A stretch of DNA of 64,000 bases from a virus. The position numbers and the translations under genes were made by a program. Location: IMG/VR virus record IMGVR_UViG_3300046806_000356, positions 55,600 to 119,599 of that record. The stretch is one strand, 5' to 3'. Shown here one piece after another: positions 36,201 to 45,512 of the stretch (position 1 is the stretch's first letter; each line of letters begins with the position of its first letter). Below the pieces are notes generated by a model. It was not told the origin of the DNA and searched no databases. It worked only from the letters and a program-made list of their open reading frames with translations.

Positions 36201-39200
36201 TCCACAGATATACCAGTAATTGGATCAAGATTAAAGAGGGCATCGGATACTTTAGATTTTAGGCCAAGAGTTGCAACTTTTGATCCAAATTCAACCAATG
36301 CATCACCATTTGATTTTGGGTCAAGAAGTTTTGGTACGGATCCAAAAGTAATTCTTACACCCAATGAATCTTCTTCTATTGGATATGATTATTATTTGGG
36401 AAGAGTAGATAGACTATATTTGGATAAAACTGGTAATTTTATTCTTGAAAAGGGAGTTTCTTCAAATACACCAAAAGCTCCAACAAAAAGTGATGCAATG
36501 ATGGAAATTGCTACTATACAACTTCCACCGTATCTCTACAATCCTCAAGATGCTCGCATACAACTGAGAGATAATAGAAGATATACTATGAGGGATATTG
36601 GATTTATTGACAATAGAGTCAGTAATTTGGAAAGAGTGACTTCATTATCGTTCTTGGAAATTGATACTCAAACTTTACAAATACAAGATGCTGAAGGTCG
36701 AAATAGGTTTAAGAGTGGATTTTTTGTTGATGATTTTAAAAACTATAATTTTATGAATCGTCAATTAACTACAGCCCAAGTAAATCCATCTGCAAATGAA
36801 CTTATTCCATTAATAAGCAGAAACTCAATTAAATCAAAATTGGTCTCCGCAACTTCTGTAACTGATGAATCTTTAGATTATAAATTAAATTTTGAATTAT
36901 TGGATTCCAACGTTCAAAAAACTGGAAACTGCGTAACACTCAAATATCAAGAAATTGGTTGGATTCAACAACTATTTGCAACTGGTGTAGAAAATGTCAA
37001 TCCATTTAATGTTGTTATATACACTGGTGTCATTAGTTTAAATCCATCAGTTGATAATTGGGTTCGAACAATCCAACTTCCAGATAAAAACATCAATATT
37101 ACAAATAATATACCCAGAACTATTCAAAGAAATCTTGTAAGTAATGTAAATGTTGATATAACTAATCCGGTTGTTCGTGAAACTTCGTCTTCCAGAGTTA
37201 TTGCAAGTGTAGCGGATGTAAGTAGAAGAGGAGAACAGGAAGCAATAGGATCAAATATAACAGATACTCCAACCACATCAACAAATACATCCTCAAATAC
37301 AACGCGGGACGTAAGTTTTGATACTGTAACAAATACTGATGTGTCTGTTAGAAACATTCTTATATCGGCATCAGATGAATCCTTTATGAGATCTAGAAAT
37401 ACTGAGTTTTCAGTATCAAATCTCAAACCATCTACAAGATATTATCAGTTCTTGGATGGTAGTAGTTCGGTTGATTTTGTACCCAAATTAGTTGAAATTT
37501 CCAACGATTCAACTTTAGTAAATTCCGGATCAACTGGATCGTTTAAGGTGGGAGAAACTGTATTTGGATCAGTTAATGGTGTTAGATTGATATCATTCAG
37601 ACTTTGCACACCAAACCACAAGTATGGTCCATTTAATTCACCAACAACTTCATTTAATATCAATCCATATATTAAAACAGAATCTTTACCTTCTGCATAT
37701 AGTCAAACTACAAAAATATTAAATATTGATACAGGATCATTGGCAGAAGAAGCACAAGGTAGATATACCGGTTATTTGACTAAAGGTATGCTTTTAGTTG
37801 GTCAAGAAAGTGGTGCAGTATCTTATGTAAGTGATCTAAGACTTATATCCGATAATTTTGGAGATTTAATAGGGACTTTCTTCCTAAGAGATGCGAATAC
37901 AATTCCTACACCTTCAGTCAGAATTCCAACAGGAACAAAAACATTCAGAATTACCTCAAGTAGCACAAATGATCCTGGTCTTCCAGGAAGTAATTCAATT
38001 TCCTTTGCAGAGACTAATTACAATTCTGATGGAACTTTAAATCAATTTGAAAATGAAGTAACAACAATAACAAACAATCTAACGACAACAACGGTAACCA
38101 ACCTAACAACAAACACTACATCATCTTTAACAACTATAGATCGAAATACTGAAACTTTATTAGCAGAGTACTATGATCCACTAGCGCAGTCATTTACTGT
38201 TGGTGGGAACATACAAGCACCAACAGAATATGACACTTCAGACGACATTAATGGTGCGTTCTTAACTTCTGTTGGATTGTATTTTGCCTCTAAAGATGAT
38301 GGAAATGCACCATTAAGAGTTGAGATAAGGACAGTTGAACTTGGAACTCCAACTATGATAATTGTTGGAAAACCAGTTATTTTAAGACCCTCGGATATTA
38401 CAATTTCTGATGATGGTGAAACTGAAACAAAAGTAACGTTTGCAGAACCAATTTACTTATCTCCCGGTAGAGAGTATTCTGTTGTGATTATTTCTGCCCA
38501 CAGTGACAAATATGAAATGTGGATAGCAGAAATGGGTAAAAAGACGAGAAAAACTCAATCTTTACCAAATTCAGAATCTGTTGTTTACTCAAAGCAATTT
38601 GCACTGGGAAGTTTATTTAAATCACAAAATGGATCTATTTGGACAGCAAATCAGTATCAAGATCTTAAATTTAAACTTTATAAGGCACAGTTTACATCAA
38701 CCACCGGAACGGCATTCTTTACTAATCCATCATTGGATGAAAGTAACAGCTATGTATCGACACTGAATAATAATCCAATCAGGACATTACCAAAAACTGC
38801 TACTTTAAGTATCAGCACATCTACAGATTCTACAATTATTAACAATATATTGATTGTAGGTAGAAAAATTTCTGGAACTAAACCAAATACTTATGGTTAC
38901 ATTGTCGGAACTGGTAGTTCCGTCTCACGAGCACAAGTTACAGATGGTGGAACAAATTATCCAGCAAGTTCTACTCTTGCTAACTTAGAAACAACTAACA
39001 TTGTTGGAAGAGGTTCTGGATTGAGATTGAGTGTAAATACAAATTCAAGTGGATCTATTACTGGAATTGCGGCAACAACTGCAATTGGTCGTGGATATCA
39101 AGTTGGAGACGTTGTAGGTATTGTTACAAATTTGGGAAGAAATTCGAGAATTTCAATTTCTTCTATTACTTCTTTAGATACTTTATACTTATCGGGTCTT

Positions 39201-40685
39201 CAAGCAGAATCAAGTTCATTTGTAGTTGGTGCTGCAGTTAGTTACTATCCCAATGATTTCCCAACCAATCCTATTGTATCATTAGCATCAACAACAATAA
39301 CAAATTTTGTTATTGATGGGGGAGTTAATTCTGGAAATTATATTAAGATAAACCATTTTGATCATGGAATGTACTCTGGAATTGATAAAGTAAAAATAAG
39401 CAATGCTCAATCATCTTATTCACCAACAAAACTATCTGCAGAATTACTTGCAAATGGAACAACTTCTATTAGTGTAGGAAGTACAGAAATATTCTCTACT
39501 TTTGAAGGATTTAATGTTGGATCCGGAAACACTGGATATGTATTAATTGGTGAAGAAATAATTGGTTATTCAAATAGTTCTAACGGAACATTAACTATCG
39601 CATCGAATGGTAGAGGGATTGATGGAACAGTTGTTACTCCACATCAAATAGATAGTTTAGTCTATAAGTATGAAATGAATGGAGTTTCTCTACGTAGAAT
39701 CAACAAAGAACATACGATGAGTTCCACAAGTATAGGAATTGATGATTATTATATTCAGATATCCAGAACTGAAAGTGGTTCAAATAGATCTTCTGATGGT
39801 TCGGTAACTAATGCTCCAGAGTTATCATTTGTAAATGAGAGTTCTTTTGGAGGACCAAAAGTAAAAGCATCTGAAAATATTAATTATGATGGTTTAGTTC
39901 CAACATACAATTTAATTACTCCAGGATCTGCAACTTCAGTAAATGCATTTATTAGAACTGTAAGTGGAACAAGTATTGATGGAAATGAAAATTCATTCGT
40001 CGAACAACCATCGGAACCAGTTCAATTGAATGTATTAAATACACTCAGAAGTGTAAGACTAGTTGCTTCGGATATAAATGAAAAAAATCAACCTGGACTA
40101 AGTAAACTTTTGAGAAAGAAATCATTTACTACAGGAATTACTTTATCTACAGGAGATTCAAACTTATCTCCACTCATTTATCTTGATAACGCACTAACAG
40201 AGTTTACAATCAGTAGATTGGATAGTCCAATTGCAGATTATGCTACTGATAGCAGAGTTAATTCAATTTTAAACGACCCACACTCTGCAATTTATGTTTC
40301 AAATACTGTAAGGCTTGCACAACCTGCAACATCTCTTAAAGTTATTTTAAGTGCATATAGACATGAAAGTGCGGATTTTAGAGTTCTTTATAGTTTAATC
40401 AAAGCAGATTCTAGTGAAATTCCTCAGTCATTTGATTTGTTCCCAGGATATGATAATCTAACATTGACAACAGATCAAGGGTATCTTGTTGTTGATTTAT
40501 CTAAAAATAATGGAAAGCCGGATTCGTATGTTCCACCAAGTTTAGATAATGAGTTTTTAGAATACCAGTTTACAGTAGATAATCTTGATTTATTTGTTGG
40601 ATATACGATCAAAATTGTTATGTCTGGAACAAATCAAGCTAGAGCACCAAGAATTAAAGATCTAAGAACTATTGCAGTTAGATAA
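33240..40685 (+). CDS. Large virion structural protein (VrlC/DUF4815-like)
   Basis: TNLNISPYYDDF..KVLFNPG..QARELTTLQSILQNQ, NRRYTMRDIG, DPLAQSF. Confidence 0.85.
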   Translation: MAQKTNLNISPYYDDFNSEKNFYKVLFNPGRAVQARELTTLQSILQNQVESFGSHIFKEGSVVIPGNIVYDGQFYAVKLNQTNFGTDISLYIDQYIGKKITGQTSGVTATVQHIELIDDISVLEPTIYVKYIDSDNNFNFTQFQDGESLIASENITYGNTTINSGTPFASLISLNATSTGSAAFIGNGVYFVRGYFVNVSQQTLLLDYYTNTSSYRVGLRIEESIVTAKDDIDLYDNAKGFTNYAAPGSDRFKIDLVLDKKPLTDLNDTNFIELLRIENGFIKKIETKSNNNIIRDYLAQRTYDESGDYSVEPFNPSIHNSLNDRLGSNGLFFENETTSQRNIPSNNLMCVKISPGKAYVRGYDIEKQSTVILDVDKPRETKSQSNVGISFEMGNLLRVNNVSGVPQQKGIVTFFSELNGSGSGVGSARVYNFNLTDSAFINGATNWDLYLYDIQTNTSLTLNNVISSSDLPTSSFVKGKNSGASGYAVSAGSNSSIITLRQTSGSFAPGEQISINGVDFPRTIVSITAYGTQNIKSIKQDSNFPITGIATFAANAVLERFRMPGNITQVSISTASGGVSTVTSVGRVFTGITTNTIVRYQKIGFNTETYNKVSSISSSGLSITLSGITTNVSGVFEGSLPTSTVLTNIFAAAPIIRNQDSAYLYTNLPNNNISKVNLSDSTLRISAQLPNQTITANTLTLSAATVASTLGISSVYFDSFDQEKYSVHYPNGTISSLSSDSVTASNDTLTIRNLTNTTAATVNVTLVKNNIRSKVKKYSRSETVEITRSKYKQSGAGINTSISDGLTYSQYYGLRVQDEEICLNVPDVAKVISIYESFNSSAPSFDRVLFTSTANVGTNSIVGENIIGSISNAVARIVNRLTSPANTLEVVYLTDDRFVTGETVTFEESNITTEIEAITLGSYKDVTNSYFLEKGQKDQYYDYSKIIRNKNVPESSKRLLIVYDRYTVESNDNGDVFTVLSYDEERFSTDIPVIGSRLKRASDTLDFRPRVATFDPNSTNASPFDFGSRSFGTDPKVILTPNESSSIGYDYYLGRVDRLYLDKTGNFILEKGVSSNTPKAPTKSDAMMEIATIQLPPYLYNPQDARIQLRDNRRYTMRDIGFIDNRVSNLERVTSLSFLEIDTQTLQIQDAEGRNRFKSGFFVDDFKNYNFMNRQLTTAQVNPSANELIPLISRNSIKSKLVSATSVTDESLDYKLNFELLDSNVQKTGNCVTLKYQEIGWIQQLFATGVENVNPFNVVIYTGVISLNPSVDNWVRTIQLPDKNINITNNIPRTIQRNLVSNVNVDITNPVVRETSSSRVIASVADVSRRGEQEAIGSNITDTPTTSTNTSSNTTRDVSFDTVTNTDVSVRNILISASDESFMRSRNTEFSVSNLKPSTRYYQFLDGSSSVDFVPKLVEISNDSTLVNSGSTGSFKVGETVFGSVNGVRLISFRLCTPNHKYGPFNSPTTSFNINPYIKTESLPSAYSQTTKILNIDTGSLAEEAQGRYTGYLTKGMLLVGQESGAVSYVSDLRLISDNFGDLIGTFFLRDANTIPTPSVRIPTGTKTFRITSSSTNDPGLPGSNSISFAETNYNSDGTLNQFENEVTTITNNLTTTTVTNLTTNTTSSLTTIDRNTETLLAEYYDPLAQSFTVGGNIQAPTEYDTSDDINGAFLTSVGLYFASKDDGNAPLRVEIRTVELGTPTMIIVGKPVILRPSDITISDDGETETKVTFAEPIYLSPGREYSVVIISAHSDKYEMWIAEMGKKTRKTQSLPNSESVVYSKQFALGSLFKSQNGSIWTANQYQDLKFKLYKAQFTSTTGTAFFTNPSLDESNSYVSTLNNNPIRTLPKTATLSISTSTDSTIINNILIVGRKISGTKPNTYGYIVGTGSSVSRAQVTDGGTNYPASSTLANLETTNIVGRGSGLRLSVNTNSSGSITGIAATTAIGRGYQVGDVVGIVTNLGRNSRISISSITSLDTLYLSGLQAESSSFVVGAAVSYYPNDFPTNPIVSLASTTITNFVIDGGVNSGNYIKINHFDHGMYSGIDKVKISNAQSSYSPTKLSAELLANGTTSISVGSTEIFSTFEGFNVGSGNTGYVLIGEEIIGYSNSSNGTLTIASNGRGIDGTVVTPHQIDSLVYKYEMNGVSLRRINKEHTMSSTSIGIDDYYIQISRTESGSNRSSDGSVTNAPELSFVNESSFGGPKVKASENINYDGLVPTYNLITPGSATSVNAFIRTVSGTSIDGNENSFVEQPSEPVQLNVLNTLRSVRLVASDINEKNQPGLSKLLRKKSFTTGITLSTGDSNLSPLIYLDNALTEFTISRLDSPIADYATDSRVNSILNDPHSAIYVSNTVRLAQPATSLKVILSAYRHESADFRVLYSLIKADSSEIPQSFDLFPGYDNLTLTTDQGYLVVDLSKNNGKPDSYVPPSLDNEFLEYQFTVDNLDLFVGYTIKIVMSGTNQARAPRIKDLRTIAVR

Positions 40686-40886
40686 ATGATTAAAGTAGAA
40701 GGACATCAAAATTTATATCGTGATGAAAAAAGTGGTGCTATAATTAATTGTGATTCTTTTTCTTATAATCAATATGTAAATTCCATAATTCAAAGAGATG
40801 TGCAGAAAAAAGAACTTGATGTGATGAAAAAAGATATTGATGAAATTAAAAATTTACTAAAGGAGTTATTAAATGGATCCAAATGA
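40686..40886 (+). CDS. Conserved small coiled-coil protein
   Basis: KVEGHQNLYRDEKSGAIIN; C-terminal heptads. Confidence 0.8.
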   Translation: MIKVEGHQNLYRDEKSGAIINCDSFSYNQYVNSIIQRDVQKKELDVMKKDIDEIKNLLKELLNGSK

Positions 40887-41043
40887 AATAACTTTAGATT
40901 CAATAGATAAATTATTTGAGTATGAAAAACATGCTCGTATTATTGACACTTTAGGTGAAAATGAATTGAAAACATTTTCTAAATTATATTGTAAGTTATA
41001 TTTAAAGCAACAAGAAGTTGTTTCATCTCTTATGAATCTTTAG
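40873..41043 (+). CDS. Small helical protein, candidate NblA-like (56 aa, not in ORF track)
   Basis: MDPNEITLDSIDKLFEYEKHARIIDTLGENELKTFSKLYCKLYLKQQEVVSSLMNL*; AGGAG RBS; function is inference. Confidence 0.55.
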   Translation: MDPNEITLDSIDKLFEYEKHARIIDTLGENELKTFSKLYCKLYLKQQEVVSSLMNL

Positions 41044-41045
41044 AA

Positions 41046-41053
41046 TATAAATA
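41046..41053 (+). promoter_or_regulatory. T4-type late promoter
   Basis: TATAAATA. Confidence 0.75.
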
Positions 41054-41077
41054 TCTAAAGGTATATTGTTTTGAATA

Positions 41078-41413
41078 ATGGCAATTTATGTATCCAATAT
41101 AGTAATTGAACAAGGATTTAACTTTGATACTTCGTTTCAATTGGAGGATACAAGAACAAATTCATTTTTAAATCTAAACACTGCATCTACCGAATCTCAA
41201 CTTAGAAAATATTCTGGCAGTTCAACTTATGTTTCATTTGCATCCACTGTCACGGATCCAGATTTGGGTATTATTTCTATATCATTAACAGCAAACCAGA
41301 CTGTCTCCTTAAAACCCGGAAGATATCTTTATGATGTAAAATTATTTAACTATGGAAAAGAATTTAAAGCTATTGAGGGGGCAGCATTAGTACGAGCAGG
41401 GGTAACAAGGTAA
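41078..41413 (+). CDS. Putative virion structural protein
   Basis: NIVIEQG..F, ISLTANQT..LKPGRYLYDV motif. Confidence 0.75.
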   Translation: MAIYVSNIVIEQGFNFDTSFQLEDTRTNSFLNLNTASTESQLRKYSGSSTYVSFASTVTDPDLGIISISLTANQTVSLKPGRYLYDVKLFNYGKEFKAIEGAALVRAGVTR

Positions 41414-41414
41414 A

Positions 41415-42002
41415 ATGCCTAACATAAACGACAGAATTGGATCTCAGAATGTAATTCGTGTTTTATCTAACGCTTCTGCACCACCAACAAAAATAATTAA
41501 TTTAACTGATGTTAATGCGCAAAATACTTCTGATGGAGTAATTCTTGTATGGAATTCTCCATCAGAAACTTTTATAATGACGAGTGTTATTGATAGAAGT
41601 ACTTCTATCAGTGACACGACAGTATCTATATCAACAACTACCGGAGCATTTACTGTTAAAGGTGGAGTTGGAGTTGGTGGAAACACTAATATTGGTGGAA
41701 ATTTAATAGTAAGTGGAACATCAAATTTTATTGGTAGTGTAACCTTCTATGGTGGGACAATTAATTTAGGTGATTCCGATACAGATGATATCAATGTCGT
41801 CGGTGAATTTATTTCTAATTTAGTACCAAATTTAGATGCAACTTATGATATAGGGACCAGTCAAAAAAGATGGAGAAATGCTAGATTCTCTGGATTAGTT
41901 ACTGCAACAAATTTAAACGTTTCCGGTATAGCAACGTTTCAAAATGACGTTATTGTAACCGGTACTTTAACATCTGGTTTAATTGATGGAGGAGAATATT
42001 AA
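41415..42002 (+). CDS. Short tail-fibre-like structural protein
   Basis: STTTGAFTVKGGVGVGGN, LVPN.DATYDIG..KRWR fibre motifs. Confidence 0.7.
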   Translation: MPNINDRIGSQNVIRVLSNASAPPTKIINLTDVNAQNTSDGVILVWNSPSETFIMTSVIDRSTSISDTTVSISTTTGAFTVKGGVGVGGNTNIGGNLIVSGTSNFIGSVTFYGGTINLGDSDTDDINVVGEFISNLVPNLDATYDIGTSQKRWRNARFSGLVTATNLNVSGIATFQNDVIVTGTLTSGLIDGGEY

Positions 42003-42838
42003 TGGCAAAACCAAACAGTAGACAAGATTTGATAGATTATTGCTTAAGAAGGTTGGGAGCACCTGTATTAGAAATTAATGTAGATGACGATCAAATAGAT
42101 GATTTAGTTGATGATGCCTTACAGTACTTCCAAGAAAGGCACTTTGATGGTATTGAAAGAATGTACTTAAAGTACAAAATAACTCAAGCAGATATTGATA
42201 GAGGGAGAGGTAGAAATACTAATGGTGTAGGAGTAGTAACTACAACAGGAACGTCGGTAGGAATTGCCAGTACAACTTTTAATTTTTATGAGACATCAAA
42301 TTATATTCAAGTTCCAGATTCAATAATTGGTATAGAGAAGATATTTAAATTTGATACTAGCTCAATTTCTGGTGGAATGTTTAGTATTAAATATCAGTTA
42401 TTTTTGAATGATTTATATTATTTTAACTCCGTTGAACTTCTACAATACGCTATGGTCAAATCATATTTGGAAGATATTGATTTCTTATTGACAACAGATA
42501 AACAAATTAGATTTAATAAAAGGCAAAATAGATTACATTTAGATATTGATTGGGCATCACAAACTCCAGATCAATACATTGTTATTGATTGTTATAGAAT
42601 ATTGGATCCAAATACATTTACCAATGTTTATAACGATAGTTTTCTTAAAAAGTATTTAACTATACTTATTAAAAAACAATGGGGACAAAATTTAATTAAA
42701 TTCCAAGGTGTCAAATTACCTGGAGGAATTGAATTGAATGGAAGACAGTTATATGAAGATGCAGAAAGAGAGATGGAAGATATTAAGCAAAGAATGGCTT
42801 TAGAGTATGAATTACCACCTTACGACTTTATTGGATAG
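42002..42838 (+). CDS. gp13: Neck protein
   Basis: LIDYCLRRLGAPVLEINVDDDQ, KQWGQNLIKF.GVKLPGG. Confidence 0.93.
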   Translation: MAKPNSRQDLIDYCLRRLGAPVLEINVDDDQIDDLVDDALQYFQERHFDGIERMYLKYKITQADIDRGRGRNTNGVGVVTTTGTSVGIASTTFNFYETSNYIQVPDSIIGIEKIFKFDTSSISGGMFSIKYQLFLNDLYYFNSVELLQYAMVKSYLEDIDFLLTTDKQIRFNKRQNRLHLDIDWASQTPDQYIVIDCYRILDPNTFTNVYNDSFLKKYLTILIKKQWGQNLIKFQGVKLPGGIELNGRQLYEDAEREMEDIKQRMALEYELPPYDFIG

Positions 42839-42840
42839 TT

Positions 42841-44265
42841 ATGGCACTGAATCCATTTTTTTTGCAAGGATCATCAAATGAGCAATTTTTAATTCAAGAT
42901 CTCATCAATGAGCAGTTGAGGATGTATGGGATTGAAGTTTATTATCTACCCAGAAAAATTTTAAGATCTGATGACATAATAAGAGAAATTCAATCATCAA
43001 AATTTGATGATAATTTTGTTATTGAAGCATATTTGAATAATTATGATGGATATGCACCAGGTTCAGATATTATGACCAAATTTGGATTGACTTTAAAAAA
43101 TGAGATTAGTTTAGTTATTTCTAGAGAAAGATTTGAAGAATTTATTTCTCCATTTTTGGAAGGAATGTCTTCTGGAATTAGAGAAAATAGGATTACGGAT
43201 TATGATTTTGGGGATTTAATTCAAAGACCAAAAGAAGGTGATTTAATTTATTTTCCGTTGGGTGAAAGATTATTTGAAGTTAAAAGAGTGGAATCGGAAA
43301 AACCATTTTACCAATTAGGAAAAAACTACATTTATGAATTAACATGTGAATTATATGAATATCAAAATGATTTGATAGACACTGATGTAGAAGAAGTTGA
43401 TAATACTGTGGAGGATGAGGGATACATTACAACTTTAACTTTAGTTGGAGCTGCAGTTACAGCAACATCTATTCCTACTATTGGTAGTATTGGGATGGTT
43501 GGACAAATTATTTTAAATAATGATGGATCTGGTTATACTTCAGCACCTACAGTTACAGTATCAAGTCCAACTTCAGGAACTACAGCAACTGCAGTAGCAA
43601 TTACAACCTCAAAGGGTAGAGTAAAATCAATTCAATCAATTTTAATTACAAATCCAGGTTCTGGATATACAAGTACAAATCCACCAACCATTGCTATTTC
43701 AGGTGGAAATGGTGTTGGTGCAGCAGCAACTGCACTTATTGTTGATAATGGAATTTCCAATTTCCAAATTATTGGTGGAAGTGGTTATTATATAAAACCG
43801 ACAGTAACTATATCTGGACCATCTGTAGGAGTTACTGCTATTGTTGATCCAGTTATTTCCAATGGTACTGTATCAGAACTTAGATTTGTAAATACTGGAT
43901 ATGGATATACAACTCAACCATCTGTTGTTATCTCCGGAATATCTACAATTGGTGTCGGAACATTTATATATAATGAATCTGTTATTGGACAAACATCGGG
44001 AACTGTAGCAAGAATAAGAGATTTTAGAACTGTTATATCCAATCTTCCTGGAATTCCTCCTTCTACATATTTGAGAGTATCTATAAATGATGGCAAATTT
44101 TATCCTGGTGAAATAATTGTTGGTAGTATATCATCTACAAGATATTTAATAAAGGAATATACCACTGATAGTTATGATGATCCTTATGATCAAAATGAAG
44201 AAATAGAAGATGCAGCAGACTTAATTATTGACTTTTCGGAATCTAATCCTTTTGGAGATTATTAA
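42841..44265 (+). CDS. gp14: Neck protein with inserted GSGY repeat domain
   Basis: EQFLIQDLINEQ..YYLPR, RPKEGDLIYFP, DFSESNPFG. Confidence 0.9.
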   Translation: MALNPFFLQGSSNEQFLIQDLINEQLRMYGIEVYYLPRKILRSDDIIREIQSSKFDDNFVIEAYLNNYDGYAPGSDIMTKFGLTLKNEISLVISRERFEEFISPFLEGMSSGIRENRITDYDFGDLIQRPKEGDLIYFPLGERLFEVKRVESEKPFYQLGKNYIYELTCELYEYQNDLIDTDVEEVDNTVEDEGYITTLTLVGAAVTATSIPTIGSIGMVGQIILNNDGSGYTSAPTVTVSSPTSGTTATAVAITTSKGRVKSIQSILITNPGSGYTSTNPPTIAISGGNGVGAAATALIVDNGISNFQIIGGSGYYIKPTVTISGPSVGVTAIVDPVISNGTVSELRFVNTGYGYTTQPSVVISGISTIGVGTFIYNESVIGQTSGTVARIRDFRTVISNLPGIPPSTYLRVSINDGKFYPGEIIVGSISSTRYLIKEYTTDSYDDPYDQNEEIEDAADLIIDFSESNPFGDY

Positions 44266-45062
44266 TGTTAGGAACTTATTATTATCACGAAATTATTAGA
44301 AAAACAATTATTGGTTTTGGAACACTTTTTAATGACATTTATATTAGGCATAAAAATAAGCAAGATCTAACCCTTGATGAAACAAAGGTTGGAATTGCAT
44401 ATGGGCCAATGCAAAAGTTCTTAGCAAAGATCGAGCAGCAAGCAGAGTTAAACAAAGCTATTGCAATTACTCTTCCAAGAATGTCTTTTGAGATGACTTC
44501 TATTCAATATGATCCAACAAGAAAATCTGGAATAACACAAACATTCAAAGCTCTGGATGGAAACAATCTAAAAAAAGTTTTCATGCCGGTCCCATATAAT
44601 ATAGGATTTGAGTTAAATATTTTGACAAAATTAAATGATGATGCTTTACAAATTGTTGAGCAAATTTTACCTTATTTCCAACCATCATTCAATATTACAA
44701 TTGATTTAATTGATTCTATAGGTGAAAAAAGGGATGTACCTATTGTATTAGATTCTGTAGATTTTCAAGATGATTATGAGGGTGATTTTTCTACAAGAAG
44801 ATCTCTAATCTATACTCTAAGATTTACTGCAAAAACGTATTTATTTGGACCAATTGCAGAGACTACTGATGGTCTAATTAGAAAGGTACAGGTAGATACT
44901 CATATGTCAACCGATGTTGTAACTGCAAAGAGGGAAATGAGATATACGGTAACTCCCGATCCAATTGATTCCAATCCAGATGATGATTTTGGATTTAGTG
45001 AAACTTGGGAAACATTTACAGATTCTAAAGTTTATAGTCCAACTCAGCAAAGAGATCTATAA
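44265..45062 (+). CDS. gp15: Tail sheath stabilizer/terminator
   Basis: YHEIIRKTIIGFGTLFN, LPRMSFE, QIVEQILPYFQP. Confidence 0.93.
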   Translation: MLGTYYYHEIIRKTIIGFGTLFNDIYIRHKNKQDLTLDETKVGIAYGPMQKFLAKIEQQAELNKAIAITLPRMSFEMTSIQYDPTRKSGITQTFKALDGNNLKKVFMPVPYNIGFELNILTKLNDDALQIVEQILPYFQPSFNITIDLIDSIGEKRDVPIVLDSVDFQDDYEGDFSTRRSLIYTLRFTAKTYLFGPIAETTDGLIRKVQVDTHMSTDVVTAKREMRYTVTPDPIDSNPDDDFGFSETWETFTDSKVYSPTQQRDL

Positions 45063-45067
45063 ACATT

Positions 45068-45490
45068 ATGAAAAATAAATATGACGATTTAGATTCTACA
45101 TTCAATATTGAAAGTGATATTGTAGAAGTAGAAAAGGTTGAAAAAGAGTTAAATATTGTTCCTCTAAAATCTGATGATATTAAAAAAGATTATGAATATA
45201 CAAGAGCAAATTTATATTCATTGATTGAAAAGGGTCAAGAGGCAATTAATGGAATTATGGAACTTGCTGGAGAAGGTGGTTCACCAAGAGCATATGAGGT
45301 TGCTGGACAATTAATTAAAAGTGTTGCAGATACAACTGATAAATTAATTGACTTACAGAAAAAATTAAAAGATGTTGAGGAGGATACTGTAAAATCACCA
45401 AGTAGTGTGACCAATAATGCTTTGTTTGTTGGTTCAACATCAGAACTTTCAAAAATACTTAAACAAGGTTTTCTAAATAGTAAAGATTAG
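45068..45490 (+). CDS. gp16: Terminase small subunit
   Basis: DYEYTRANL, SPRAYEV, NNALFVGSTSEL. Confidence 0.92.
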   Translation: MKNKYDDLDSTFNIESDIVEVEKVEKELNIVPLKSDDIKKDYEYTRANLYSLIEKGQEAINGIMELAGEGGSPRAYEVAGQLIKSVADTTDKLIDLQKKLKDVEEDTVKSPSSVTNNALFVGSTSELSKILKQGFLNSKD

Positions 45491-45512
45491 TCTTAGTAGA
45501 TGATAAACTGGA

